64,000 bases of DNA from positions 1,856,136 through 1,920,135 of the forward strand of contig JBJBDC010000001.1 of the NCBI GenBank assembly GCA_047285535.1, given 5' to 3'. Positions within the stretch are counted from its first letter, which is position 1, and every line of letters starts with the position of its first letter. Shown here in pieces: positions 24,963-32,834 of the stretch. The notes beneath the pieces are model-generated. The model was not told the DNA's origin, did no database searches, and saw only the letters and a program-made list of their open reading frames with translations. Origin of the DNA: Synechococcus sp. (GTDB lineage: Bacteria > Cyanobacteriota > Cyanobacteriia > PCC-6307 > Cyanobiaceae). The position numbers were made by a program, and so were the translations under genes.

Positions 24963-25589
24963 ATGACCGCCGCCAACAGTCCGAAGGCCACCAACATCGT
25001 CTGGCACCAGGCCTCGGTCGATCGCTGCGCGCGTGCTGAGCAACGTGGGCATCGCAGTGCCATCCTCTGGTTTACAGGTTTAAGCGGAGCAGGCAAAAGC
25101 ACCCTCGCCAATGCCGTGAATCAACGCTTGTTCCAAAGAGAACTTGCCTGCTACGTGCTTGATGGTGACAACGTCCGCCACGGTCTCTGCAAGGACCTGG
25201 GCTTCTCTGATGCAGATCGGGAAGAAAACATCCGAAGGATCGGCGAAGTCGCCAAGCTGTTTCTTGATGCAGGCGTGGTGGTTCTGACTGCATTCGTCTC
25301 CCCGTTTCGCGCCGATCGGGATCGAGCCCGTGAACTCGTACAAGCTCAAGACTTCATCGAGATTCACTGCGCAGCTGATCTCAGTGTTTGCGAAGAGCGG
25401 GATACAAAAGGCCTTTATGCCAAAGCACGGGCAGGCGAGATCAAGGAATTCACTGGAATATCAAGCCCCTACGAAGCACCCTTAAATCCTGAGCTCAATG
25501 TCAATACAGGCAAAGACTCCTTGGACAGCTGTGTCGACCAGGTCATCCAATACCTCATGGACCAAAAGATCATTCCTCTGCAGAACTGA
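24963..25589 (+). CDS. cysC: adenylyl-sulfate kinase
   Basis: WFTGLSGAGKST, LDGDNVRHGL, FTGISSPYE. Confidence 0.97.
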   Translation: MTAANSPKATNIVWHQASVDRCARAEQRGHRSAILWFTGLSGAGKSTLANAVNQRLFQRELACYVLDGDNVRHGLCKDLGFSDADREENIRRIGEVAKLFLDAGVVVLTAFVSPFRADRDRARELVQAQDFIEIHCAADLSVCEERDTKGLYAKARAGEIKEFTGISSPYEAPLNPELNVNTGKDSLDSCVDQVIQYLMDQKIIPLQN

Positions 25590-26661
25590 TCCTGCTGAGG
25601 GCGAGCTCAAAACTCTGTGGGTCCCTCCAAGCATCCACAAGGGTTTTAATGCAACTCGCAAGCGGGACTGCCAGCAACAGTCCAAGAAGCGGACCCAACC
25701 CAAATAACTCTCCCGCCCGTGCACCAAGCGGGAGAGAGATCAAGAGCCAAGCAGGCTGCAATCCAACGATGCTTCCCATTAAGCGTGGCTGAATCACCTG
25801 TTCCACAATTTGTCCAACACCTATCGCTGCCGCAAGGATGACGACACCCATTCCGGGATCCTGCACAGCCAGAAGAAAACTCACCGCAATGATGGTCAAT
25901 CCGCTGGCATAGGGGATCAAGGTGGTCAATCCAATCAAAACGGCAAACAGAACGCCATAAGGAATCTTCAGCAATGTGAACACGGCCATCTGACCAAGGC
26001 TCAGGATCAAAGCAAGGGCCACCTGCCCCGCAAAATATCCCCGAAAAGTGCGGGTAAAGGTGGTCACAACCAGCTGGCGCCATTGCTCCGGCAACCAACG
26101 CACCAAACCCGTAGTGATGGATTCTCCTCCCAAAAGGAAGAAAACCGCCAGCACCACGACAATCACAGTATTGATCGTGGTCCCAAGGGTTGCGCCAAGG
26201 ATGCTGAGCAATCGTTGACTGAGCTGACTGGCAAGACGACTGGCACGTGTAAGAACATCGCTGCTTAGATTTCCGAAGTCACTGGGTAGGCCATGGCTTG
26301 TGGCCCAATCCTGGAGACGATCGATCAAGACTTCAGACCCTTCAAGCCAAGCGGGTAAGGCATTGATCAATTGCGCTAATTGGTCAATCAAAAGAGGCAC
26401 GACAGCGAGACCCGCTAACACCAGAATCCCGCCAGCCACCAAAACAACACAACCAATCGCAAGCCAACCAGGGAGACCCCTGGCACGCAGCCAACGGGCT
26501 GGGATGTCGAGGAGGAATGCAATCAAAGCCGCCGTCAAGAACAAACCAGGAAACGGTGCTAGCGGCACAAGCAACTGGCGCAGGACAAACAAGTTGAGCG
26601 TCAGGAGAGGCAGGGCTAGGCCCCAACGCATCCAGGCGGGACCGAACATCAATCGTTCCAT
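25570..26661 (-). CDS. AI-2E family transporter
   Basis: Multi-TM protein with YFAGQ, LIPY and IQPRLMG motifs. Confidence 0.85.
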   Translation of the reverse strand: MERLMFGPAWMRWGLALPLLTLNLFVLRQLLVPLAPFPGLFLTAALIAFLLDIPARWLRARGLPGWLAIGCVVLVAGGILVLAGLAVVPLLIDQLAQLINALPAWLEGSEVLIDRLQDWATSHGLPSDFGNLSSDVLTRASRLASQLSQRLLSILGATLGTTINTVIVVVLAVFFLLGGESITTGLVRWLPEQWRQLVVTTFTRTFRGYFAGQVALALILSLGQMAVFTLLKIPYGVLFAVLIGLTTLIPYASGLTIIAVSFLLAVQDPGMGVVILAAAIGVGQIVEQVIQPRLMGSIVGLQPAWLLISLPLGARAGELFGLGPLLGLLLAVPLASCIKTLVDAWRDPQSFELALSRISSAEE

Positions 26662-26703
26662 GGAGAGCGCATTCTGGATCTGACCATGCCGATGCCCCTT
26701 AGA

Positions 26704-27282
26704 TCAACCGCTAGCCATGGCCTCTAGATACTCGTCAGCCCCTAACGCTTTGAGGCGAGCATCCTTGGCAACCACCATGTCGTGCAGTTGCTGGCGATAC
26801 ACCTCAAGACGTTTGGAAAGGGCCGGATCACTGATGGCCAGGATCTGAGCAGCAAGGAGGCCAGCATTTAAACCACCGCCAATCGCAACCGTGGCCACAG
26901 GAATTCCACCAGGCATCTGAACGATCGAATGCAGTGAATCAACTCCAGAGAGAGCTCGACTTTTCACAGGCACACCAATCACAGGAAGAGTCGTGAGTGA
27001 CGCCACCATCCCAGGGAGATGGGCAGCACCACCGGCGCCGGCAACGATCACACGGAATCCCAGGGTCTTGGCTTGACGGGCGAAGTCCACCATTTCCAGT
27101 GGGGTGCGATGGGCAGAAAGCACACGCAGTTCAACTTTCACTCCCAGTTCGTCTAGCGCCGAAACGGCAGGCTTGAGCGTGGGCAAATCAGAATCACTGC
27201 CCATAATCACGGCCACTAGGGGATTCGGGACGATTGAGGGCTCCGATGTCTTAGACACAACTCCTTGCAGCAAGACTGCCAT
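26704..27282 (-). CDS. purE: N5-CAIR mutase
   Basis: [34 protein letters not shown]; start uncertain. Confidence 0.96.
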   Translation of the reverse strand: MAVLLQGVVSKTSEPSIVPNPLVAVIMGSDSDLPTLKPAVSALDELGVKVELRVLSAHRTPLEMVDFARQAKTLGFRVIVAGAGGAAHLPGMVASLTTLPVIGVPVKSRALSGVDSLHSIVQMPGGIPVATVAIGGGLNAGLLAAQILAISDPALSKRLEVYRQQLHDMVVAKDARLKALGADEYLEAMASG

Positions 27283-27314
27283 CGTCCCTCACTGGCTTCA
27301 AAGGACCATCCCCC

Positions 27315-28472
27315 ATGAGCCGGATCACACATGTTTGTCTAGCCGACAGCAATCAAAACAACCAACACTTTCAGCACTGGTGGCTTCAACTGGATCAGGA
27401 GCGACGTGTTGTTGATCTAGGGCCAATGCCTGAAGGGACGGCCATTGCAGGCGAAAGCTGGAGTGGAGATGTCCTCAGCCCAATGGGTATTGACCTCCAG
27501 ATCAATGGTGGCTTGGGCGTGGCATTTCCAGAACTGACAGAGACTGCGTTGCCGCGGCTCCTGGAACTACTCGATCAGCTCTGGCGCGATGGAGTTGAAG
27601 CCATTAGTCCCACCCTGGTGACCTGTGGCATTGAGCCCTTGCGTCAAGCCCTAGCGGTGTTGAGGAAAGCGCGTGAATATCATCAGCCTTATCGCTGCAG
27701 GCTGCTTGGAGCTCATCTAGAAGGCCCATTTCTGAGCGAAGCAAGACGCGGGGCCCATCCCCGCAAACATCTTGTGAGCCCCAGCATGACGCAGCTGAAT
27801 GCACGGATCAGCGGCTTTGAAGACGAGATTTCACTGGTCACTTTGGCTCCGGAACTCGATGGTGCCGCGGCCTTGATCACGCACCTCTGTGACCTCGACA
27901 TTCGCGTGGCCCTGGGACACAGCTCAGCGGATGCAACCACGGCCAACAAGTCGTTTGACATGGGCGTCTCGATGCTGACCCACAGCTTCAATGCGATGCC
28001 AGGGCTGCATCACCGCCATCCCGGACCCATCGGAGCCGCCTGCCAAAGGGATGACATTGCTCTTGGCCTCATCGCTGATGGAGTTCACGTGAGCCCGACC
28101 ATGGCGGTGCTGTTGCAACGGCTTGCCGGCGATCAACTCGTGCTGGTGAGCGATGCACTCGCCCCCTACGGATTACAAGAAGGGGAGCATCATTGGGACG
28201 AGCGTGTGCTTCTGGTCAAAGCAGGCACGTGCAGGCTTGAGGATGGCACCCTTGCTGGAGTGACTTTGCCTTTACTTGAGGGAGTCAAGCGACTTGCACA
28301 CTGGAGTTCTAATCCGATTGCAGCCATTCATGCAGCCACAATCGCCCCTCGCCAGGTCCTGAGTTCAACCTCAACCCATGCTGTCCAGCTCAAGGGACGT
28401 CCCCTCAGTGAATTGTTGCGCTGGCATTGGGATGCCAAAACCAAAACCCTCAACTGGAAACACGCTGACTAA
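27315..28472 (+). CDS. nagA: N-acetylglucosamine-6-phosphate deacetylase
   Basis: DLQING, HLEGPF, GHS, THSFNAM, IADGVHV, VSDA. Confidence 0.9.
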   Translation: MSRITHVCLADSNQNNQHFQHWWLQLDQERRVVDLGPMPEGTAIAGESWSGDVLSPMGIDLQINGGLGVAFPELTETALPRLLELLDQLWRDGVEAISPTLVTCGIEPLRQALAVLRKAREYHQPYRCRLLGAHLEGPFLSEARRGAHPRKHLVSPSMTQLNARISGFEDEISLVTLAPELDGAAALITHLCDLDIRVALGHSSADATTANKSFDMGVSMLTHSFNAMPGLHHRHPGPIGAACQRDDIALGLIADGVHVSPTMAVLLQRLAGDQLVLVSDALAPYGLQEGEHHWDERVLLVKAGTCRLEDGTLAGVTLPLLEGVKRLAHWSSNPIAAIHAATIAPRQVLSSTSTHAVQLKGRPLSELLRWHWDAKTKTLNWKHAD

Positions 28473-28499
28473 AATTCCGCGACCCCTCCGTCTGACGCC

Positions 28500-29213
28500 A
28501 TGTCACCCAAGCCACTGCTGGACGACAAGCAGGCTGAAAAAAAGGAAGTGAAGGGGTACTTCGAAACCACGGGTTTCGAACGCTGGAATCGCATCTATAG
28601 CGATAGCGATGATGTCAACAAGGTGCAGCGGAACATACGCATCGGTCACCAGAAAACAGTGGATGAGGTCTTGAGCTGGATCCACGAAAGCGGTGAGCTC
28701 AGCAATTTGAGCTTCTGCGACGCAGGCTGCGGTGTGGGAAGCCTCACTCTGCCGCTGGCATCAATGGGCGCCGGTTCGATCAACGCCAGCGACATTTCCG
28801 AAGCCATGGCCAAAGAGGCGCAGCGCCGTGCCGAAGAGGCCGGACTGAACATGAGCAAACTCACGTTCTTATCCAGTGATCTGGAGAGCCTCAGCGGCTC
28901 GTTTCACACCGTGTGCTGCCTGGATGTGTTCATTCACTATCCACAGCCTGCCGCGGAGGACATGGTGAAGCATCTGTGCAGTCTCACCGAGCAACGACTG
29001 ATCGTGAGCTTTGCTCCATACACCCCCTTACTGGCCATCCTCAAAGGCATCGGGCAGCTGTTTCCAGGACCCAGCAAGACCACCCGTGCCTACACCCTTC
29101 AGGAGAAGGGGATTGTGCAAGCAGCTGAATCATGCGGATTCAAACTGGCTCGCCGCAGTCTTAACAAGGCGCCGTTTTACTTCTCACGGCTCGTTGAATT
29201 TCGCAAAACCTAA
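28500..29213 (+). CDS. chlM: Mg-protoporphyrin IX methyltransferase
   Basis: GFERWNRIY, CDAGCGVGSL, CLDVFIHYP, FPGPSKTTRAY. Confidence 0.96.
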   Translation: MSPKPLLDDKQAEKKEVKGYFETTGFERWNRIYSDSDDVNKVQRNIRIGHQKTVDEVLSWIHESGELSNLSFCDAGCGVGSLTLPLASMGAGSINASDISEAMAKEAQRRAEEAGLNMSKLTFLSSDLESLSGSFHTVCCLDVFIHYPQPAAEDMVKHLCSLTEQRLIVSFAPYTPLLAILKGIGQLFPGPSKTTRAYTLQEKGIVQAAESCGFKLARRSLNKAPFYFSRLVEFRKT

Positions 29214-29219
29214 TCAAAC

Positions 29220-29828
29220 TCAGCGGTTCAAATTCATCTGCGATCCCAATTTCAGCATCAGCACCGGTGGCTGACCAGGCTGCACTGTGGCGGTCCCGAT
29301 CAATCCAGCGAAGTCGCCTCCTTGGCCTTGCACCGAAGCGGGATGGGCGGCAGGGAAAAGTGCATCAATCCTGAACGATTGCTTGCCTGTCTTTGTCATC
29401 TGCAGGAGTTCCGCTGTTGAGAAATGGACCACGCCCATCGCCATCAACTTCAAGTTGCCATTCGGCAACATTGCCGTCCCCTGAAAAGTGGTCAGATAAC
29501 GCGCCTCTCCTTTAACAGGAGGACGCTTGTCCACAATTTCCTCAGACCCATAAAAGCTGCCGATGCTGATGGTGCAGTCCGGCTTACCTGCTTGATCCAC
29601 ATCCCCAATAGACATCACATAGGTCACGCGATCACCCACGTTGAACGTGGAATCATCGTTCTGATCAAAGAACCAAGAGTCTTTTCGCTCACAAAGAGGC
29701 AATTGCAGCTCTCGGTCACCGAAAAACTGTCCTGGAGTCTGGCCAGCTCGTTCGGACTTGTTCAACCTCGTACAACCAGACGCCCAGATCAGAGAAGCGC
29801 CAACAAAAGCTGTCAATAGGGATCTCAT
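29220..29828 (-). CDS. putative lipoprotein, possibly dirigent/allene-oxide-cyclase-like beta-barrel
   Basis: Signal peptide with lipobox-like WASG-C (Cys19); C-terminal VQGQGGDFAGLIGTATV resembles the GGTGxFxGxxG motif. Confidence 0.6.
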   Translation of the reverse strand: MRSLLTAFVGASLIWASGCTRLNKSERAGQTPGQFFGDRELQLPLCERKDSWFFDQNDDSTFNVGDRVTYVMSIGDVDQAGKPDCTISIGSFYGSEEIVDKRPPVKGEARYLTTFQGTAMLPNGNLKLMAMGVVHFSTAELLQMTKTGKQSFRIDALFPAAHPASVQGQGGDFAGLIGTATVQPGQPPVLMLKLGSQMNLNR

Positions 29829-30168
29829 CGCAACATCAGCTCAGACCATCCATGCTGACAACTCAAAGGATCCACGAACTTAGAATCCATTGAGTCCATT
29901 CGTTCCGGGAGAAGACACCCAGGACGCTGATGCTCTTGCGATAGCTGTGCACCTTGGCTCTCTGGAAGTGACTCTTCTGTGCGGGACTCTTGTCTGGGTC
30001 ATGGCTGGTATCGCCGAAAGGGCTGCTGCCACGAGGTGAGTGAGCCTCGGGGTAGCTAGTGGCGAGATCAGACGGCAACCACGGCGAGATCAACATCAGA
30101 GCAAACCTGAACCAAGCCGGGCGAAGCGAGCCCAACCTGATCCAAGGGATCCAAACGGTTATGCCTGC

Positions 30169-31602
30169 TTACGACTTCGGCATTCCGAAGTTGTCTAAAC
30201 CATTAAGTAGTAGAAAGAAACGTATGGTTTCCGCCATGACAGCTGAATCGATCTGATCTTCAGTTGTCCATTGATCTCGAGGTGGCTTGCCAAGAATGTG
30301 AGCAGACAATGCAAAGTCTTTGAACTCAGTTGAGTGCATGTAATCCACATATCCAGGACTGCGATTCGCCGTGGCTTTTCTTTTTTGGTCCGTGCGCCGC
30401 ATGAAATCCTTTTCATGATTGCGGAACGAAACCGCGACTGACGCCGATGACCAGTTTGTTTTTTGCTGTTCGATCAATGATGTAGCGAGGTCGGCGGCGT
30501 CTCTCAGAGCGAAGTTGCCCGACATTCCACTCCAAGGCGGAAGAGCGTGTAGGGCATCACCGATGCAAAGAAATGGCAGTCCTTCCGAGTCCGGTGTGGT
30601 CAGTGCCAATGTCTCTTCACAAAACGGATGCATACGCATGGGCAATACCCATGCTCCCTCGATCGCGTCAAAGAGGTTTTGGTACTGCTCCGGAAAACTC
30701 GACAGTTGTTGCTTGGTGAAAGCCTTAACCCGCTGAATTGCAGCTGGGTCTCGAGTCATGCCGTGAATACCTTCGAACCTGAGCTCTTCGATCAGTCGGT
30801 TCGCATCGTCGGAGTGGACCTGAATCCTTATTATCGCGACCTGGTTGGACGGATCCGCTCCAAAGCGCTGCACTTCGAGTAGCTGCGTGCCCTTACGGTC
30901 TTGCGTGGGCCCATACAGGCACAGGGTTCCCTCACCAAGACGACGGACAATCTCCGGGTCAAGGGACCTCTCGGGTGAACCAATGATGCCTTGGACATAG
31001 ATGGTGCCGGTGAAATGAGCATCTGCCTCACGCGTGAATCGAGTAGGGCGCAAGGCCGATCTCGATCCGGAACAGTCGACAACGACATCGAAACTGCCAT
31101 TGAACACAGATCCTTCACGTCCCAGGATCTCGATGGATCCATCGCCATTCTTCCTCAGGCCCGAAACACAGGCCTCATAGAGTATCTTTGTACTGCTACT
31201 GAGGGCATCGGTAAGGCCCTCAACCATTTTTTTACGTTCGGTTTCGAGGCAGGGCGAAGCCAGTAAACCCATCTGTTCCTTGCTCACTCCGAGTTCGCAA
31301 AGAAACGGAGGCATTCTGAACGCGCCTATCGGTTGATCCATAGCATCGACCCGATAGGACATCTGCCGATCGCTACGGGGTCTTTGAAGCGATTTCAGTT
31401 CCACGCCGGCGCGAAGGAGCGCGGCTTCAGCTTCCGCATCAACATCCCAACCAGAACCCTGATCACGGTCAGCGGCGCCTCGTTCAAAGATCGTGATGTC
31501 AAAGGCTTCGGCATGAGGCGTTTCACGTCCGAGTATGGAAGCGAGAGTCAGACCGCTGGGACCGCCGCCAACGATGGCGAGTTTCATTGTTCTGGATGCC
31601 AT
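30169..31602 (-). CDS. FAD-dependent monooxygenase (group A, TetX-like)
   Basis: GGGPSG dinucleotide motif, DVVVDCSGSRS (DG motif variant), IGDALHALPPWSGMSGNFALRDA (GD motif). Confidence 0.88.
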   Translation of the reverse strand: MASRTMKLAIVGGGPSGLTLASILGRETPHAEAFDITIFERGAADRDQGSGWDVDAEAEAALLRAGVELKSLQRPRSDRQMSYRVDAMDQPIGAFRMPPFLCELGVSKEQMGLLASPCLETERKKMVEGLTDALSSSTKILYEACVSGLRKNGDGSIEILGREGSVFNGSFDVVVDCSGSRSALRPTRFTREADAHFTGTIYVQGIIGSPERSLDPEIVRRLGEGTLCLYGPTQDRKGTQLLEVQRFGADPSNQVAIIRIQVHSDDANRLIEELRFEGIHGMTRDPAAIQRVKAFTKQQLSSFPEQYQNLFDAIEGAWVLPMRMHPFCEETLALTTPDSEGLPFLCIGDALHALPPWSGMSGNFALRDAADLATSLIEQQKTNWSSASVAVSFRNHEKDFMRRTDQKRKATANRSPGYVDYMHSTEFKDFALSAHILGKPPRDQWTTEDQIDSAVMAETIRFFLLLNGLDNFGMPKS

Positions 31603-31940
31603 GCTTTGGAACTGATTTCAGATCTGTATGTGTAACCGCAGGCTTAGCCAACGGTATCAACAAGAGTTCGCAGATTCCCTTTTGAATCATCATTAAAAGG
31701 CGAGTATCACCAGCATTGCACCCAAAGCGGCAACAATTCTGGAGCCTAAAGCAATAACTGAGCAGCAATACACTTCAAAGCAGAAAGCAGAATTTATAGA
31801 TGGAATCAATAACTCATTCACCTTGAAAAAGAATTGGCAGGCATCTTGATCTTCAGAGCATCAAGCCGCTAATTCATACTCATAGCAACCAATGCCTACT
31901 CGACGATGACACTGCAAAAGAGCGCGAAGAAGAACCTCGC

Positions 31941-32795
31941 TCATTGATGCTTGTTCTCAGCCTTGGCCAAGGCCTCGGCAGGATCACCTCTGAGATCCGC
32001 CTCCAAGAATGCAGGGGTTTCTGGCAACGCTAGATGCAGGTGATTGTCAAGATGCATTCTCACCTTTAAGTCCCGAGCCTTGAGATCAAGAATGTGACCA
32101 CCGCTGAGGCGATCTTCGCTCAGAAGATGCAAGTGATATCCCGGCACATTGATGGTACGGGCATAATTTGGAGTCCAAAAGCCCACCAAGGTGCCTCGAA
32201 TCTCCTGCTTTTGGAATTCCGCTTGATGACTTGTTGCTGCAACCAAATCCATTCCAGGTTCGCTTCGGCAAGCCACCCGGTAGTGAATCTGATCAAAAAC
32301 CCCATCTACTCGAATCGCACAAAACAGATTGTTTGTGCGCCGCAGTAAATCCAACTGCTGGGTGAGATCCGGCCAGCTGCTCACGTCACTCAGAGTGGTT
32401 GTGAGATCAGCGACGAAGAAGGTGGTAGCCCAGAAAGGTGCTTCTGTGGCCTCGGGTACTTCGCGCACAGTCCCGTCTCCGCGAGCCTGCCAGCACTGAC
32501 CCTCCAGCATGATTCCTTCTCCATCGAGGCCCTCGAAGGTGCCCAGTCCAAAATCACCGTGGCGGCGCAGATCGGCGACTTTCACACACCCCTGATAGAC
32601 CCCTTGAACCAGGGCTCCAGAGGTGGATACTTGATAAATAGTGTGATGCTCCAGATCGAGGCTGTCGGCAAGAGAGGCGCGAATAATCTGGCCCAGGCTG
32701 TCGCCAGTGCGTTCAGATAGCTCCTTCATGGCGTTCCAGAGGCCGTCCCCAAGGGTGACGCTCAGATGATGACTTGCATCGGGATGGCAGGGCAT
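31941..32795 (-). CDS. alsD: alpha-acetolactate decarboxylase with N-terminal ribbon-helix-helix-like extension
   Basis: IYQVST, HGDFGLGTFEGLDGEGI, GTLVGFWTP, VPGYHLHLL and GGH zinc-binding histidines. Confidence 0.93.
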   Translation of the reverse strand: MPCHPDASHHLSVTLGDGLWNAMKELSERTGDSLGQIIRASLADSLDLEHHTIYQVSTSGALVQGVYQGCVKVADLRRHGDFGLGTFEGLDGEGIMLEGQCWQARGDGTVREVPEATEAPFWATTFFVADLTTTLSDVSSWPDLTQQLDLLRRTNNLFCAIRVDGVFDQIHYRVACRSEPGMDLVAATSHQAEFQKQEIRGTLVGFWTPNYARTINVPGYHLHLLSEDRLSGGHILDLKARDLKVRMHLDNHLHLALPETPAFLEADLRGDPAEALAKAENKHQ

Positions 32796-32834
32796 AACAG
32801 AAAGCGGGTTAAGGGTGAATGAGCACGTGCGATA

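Noticed and set aside
30169..31602. Calling the monooxygenase a tet(X) resistance gene
   Set aside because: Only motif-level resemblance; it is too divergent to assign a substrate.
31845..31865. CTTGAT-N9-ATCAAG inverted repeat as an FNR/CRP-type box near alsD
   Set aside because: The FNR box needs a 4-nt spacer, and this repeat lies downstream of alsD rather than at the operon promoter.
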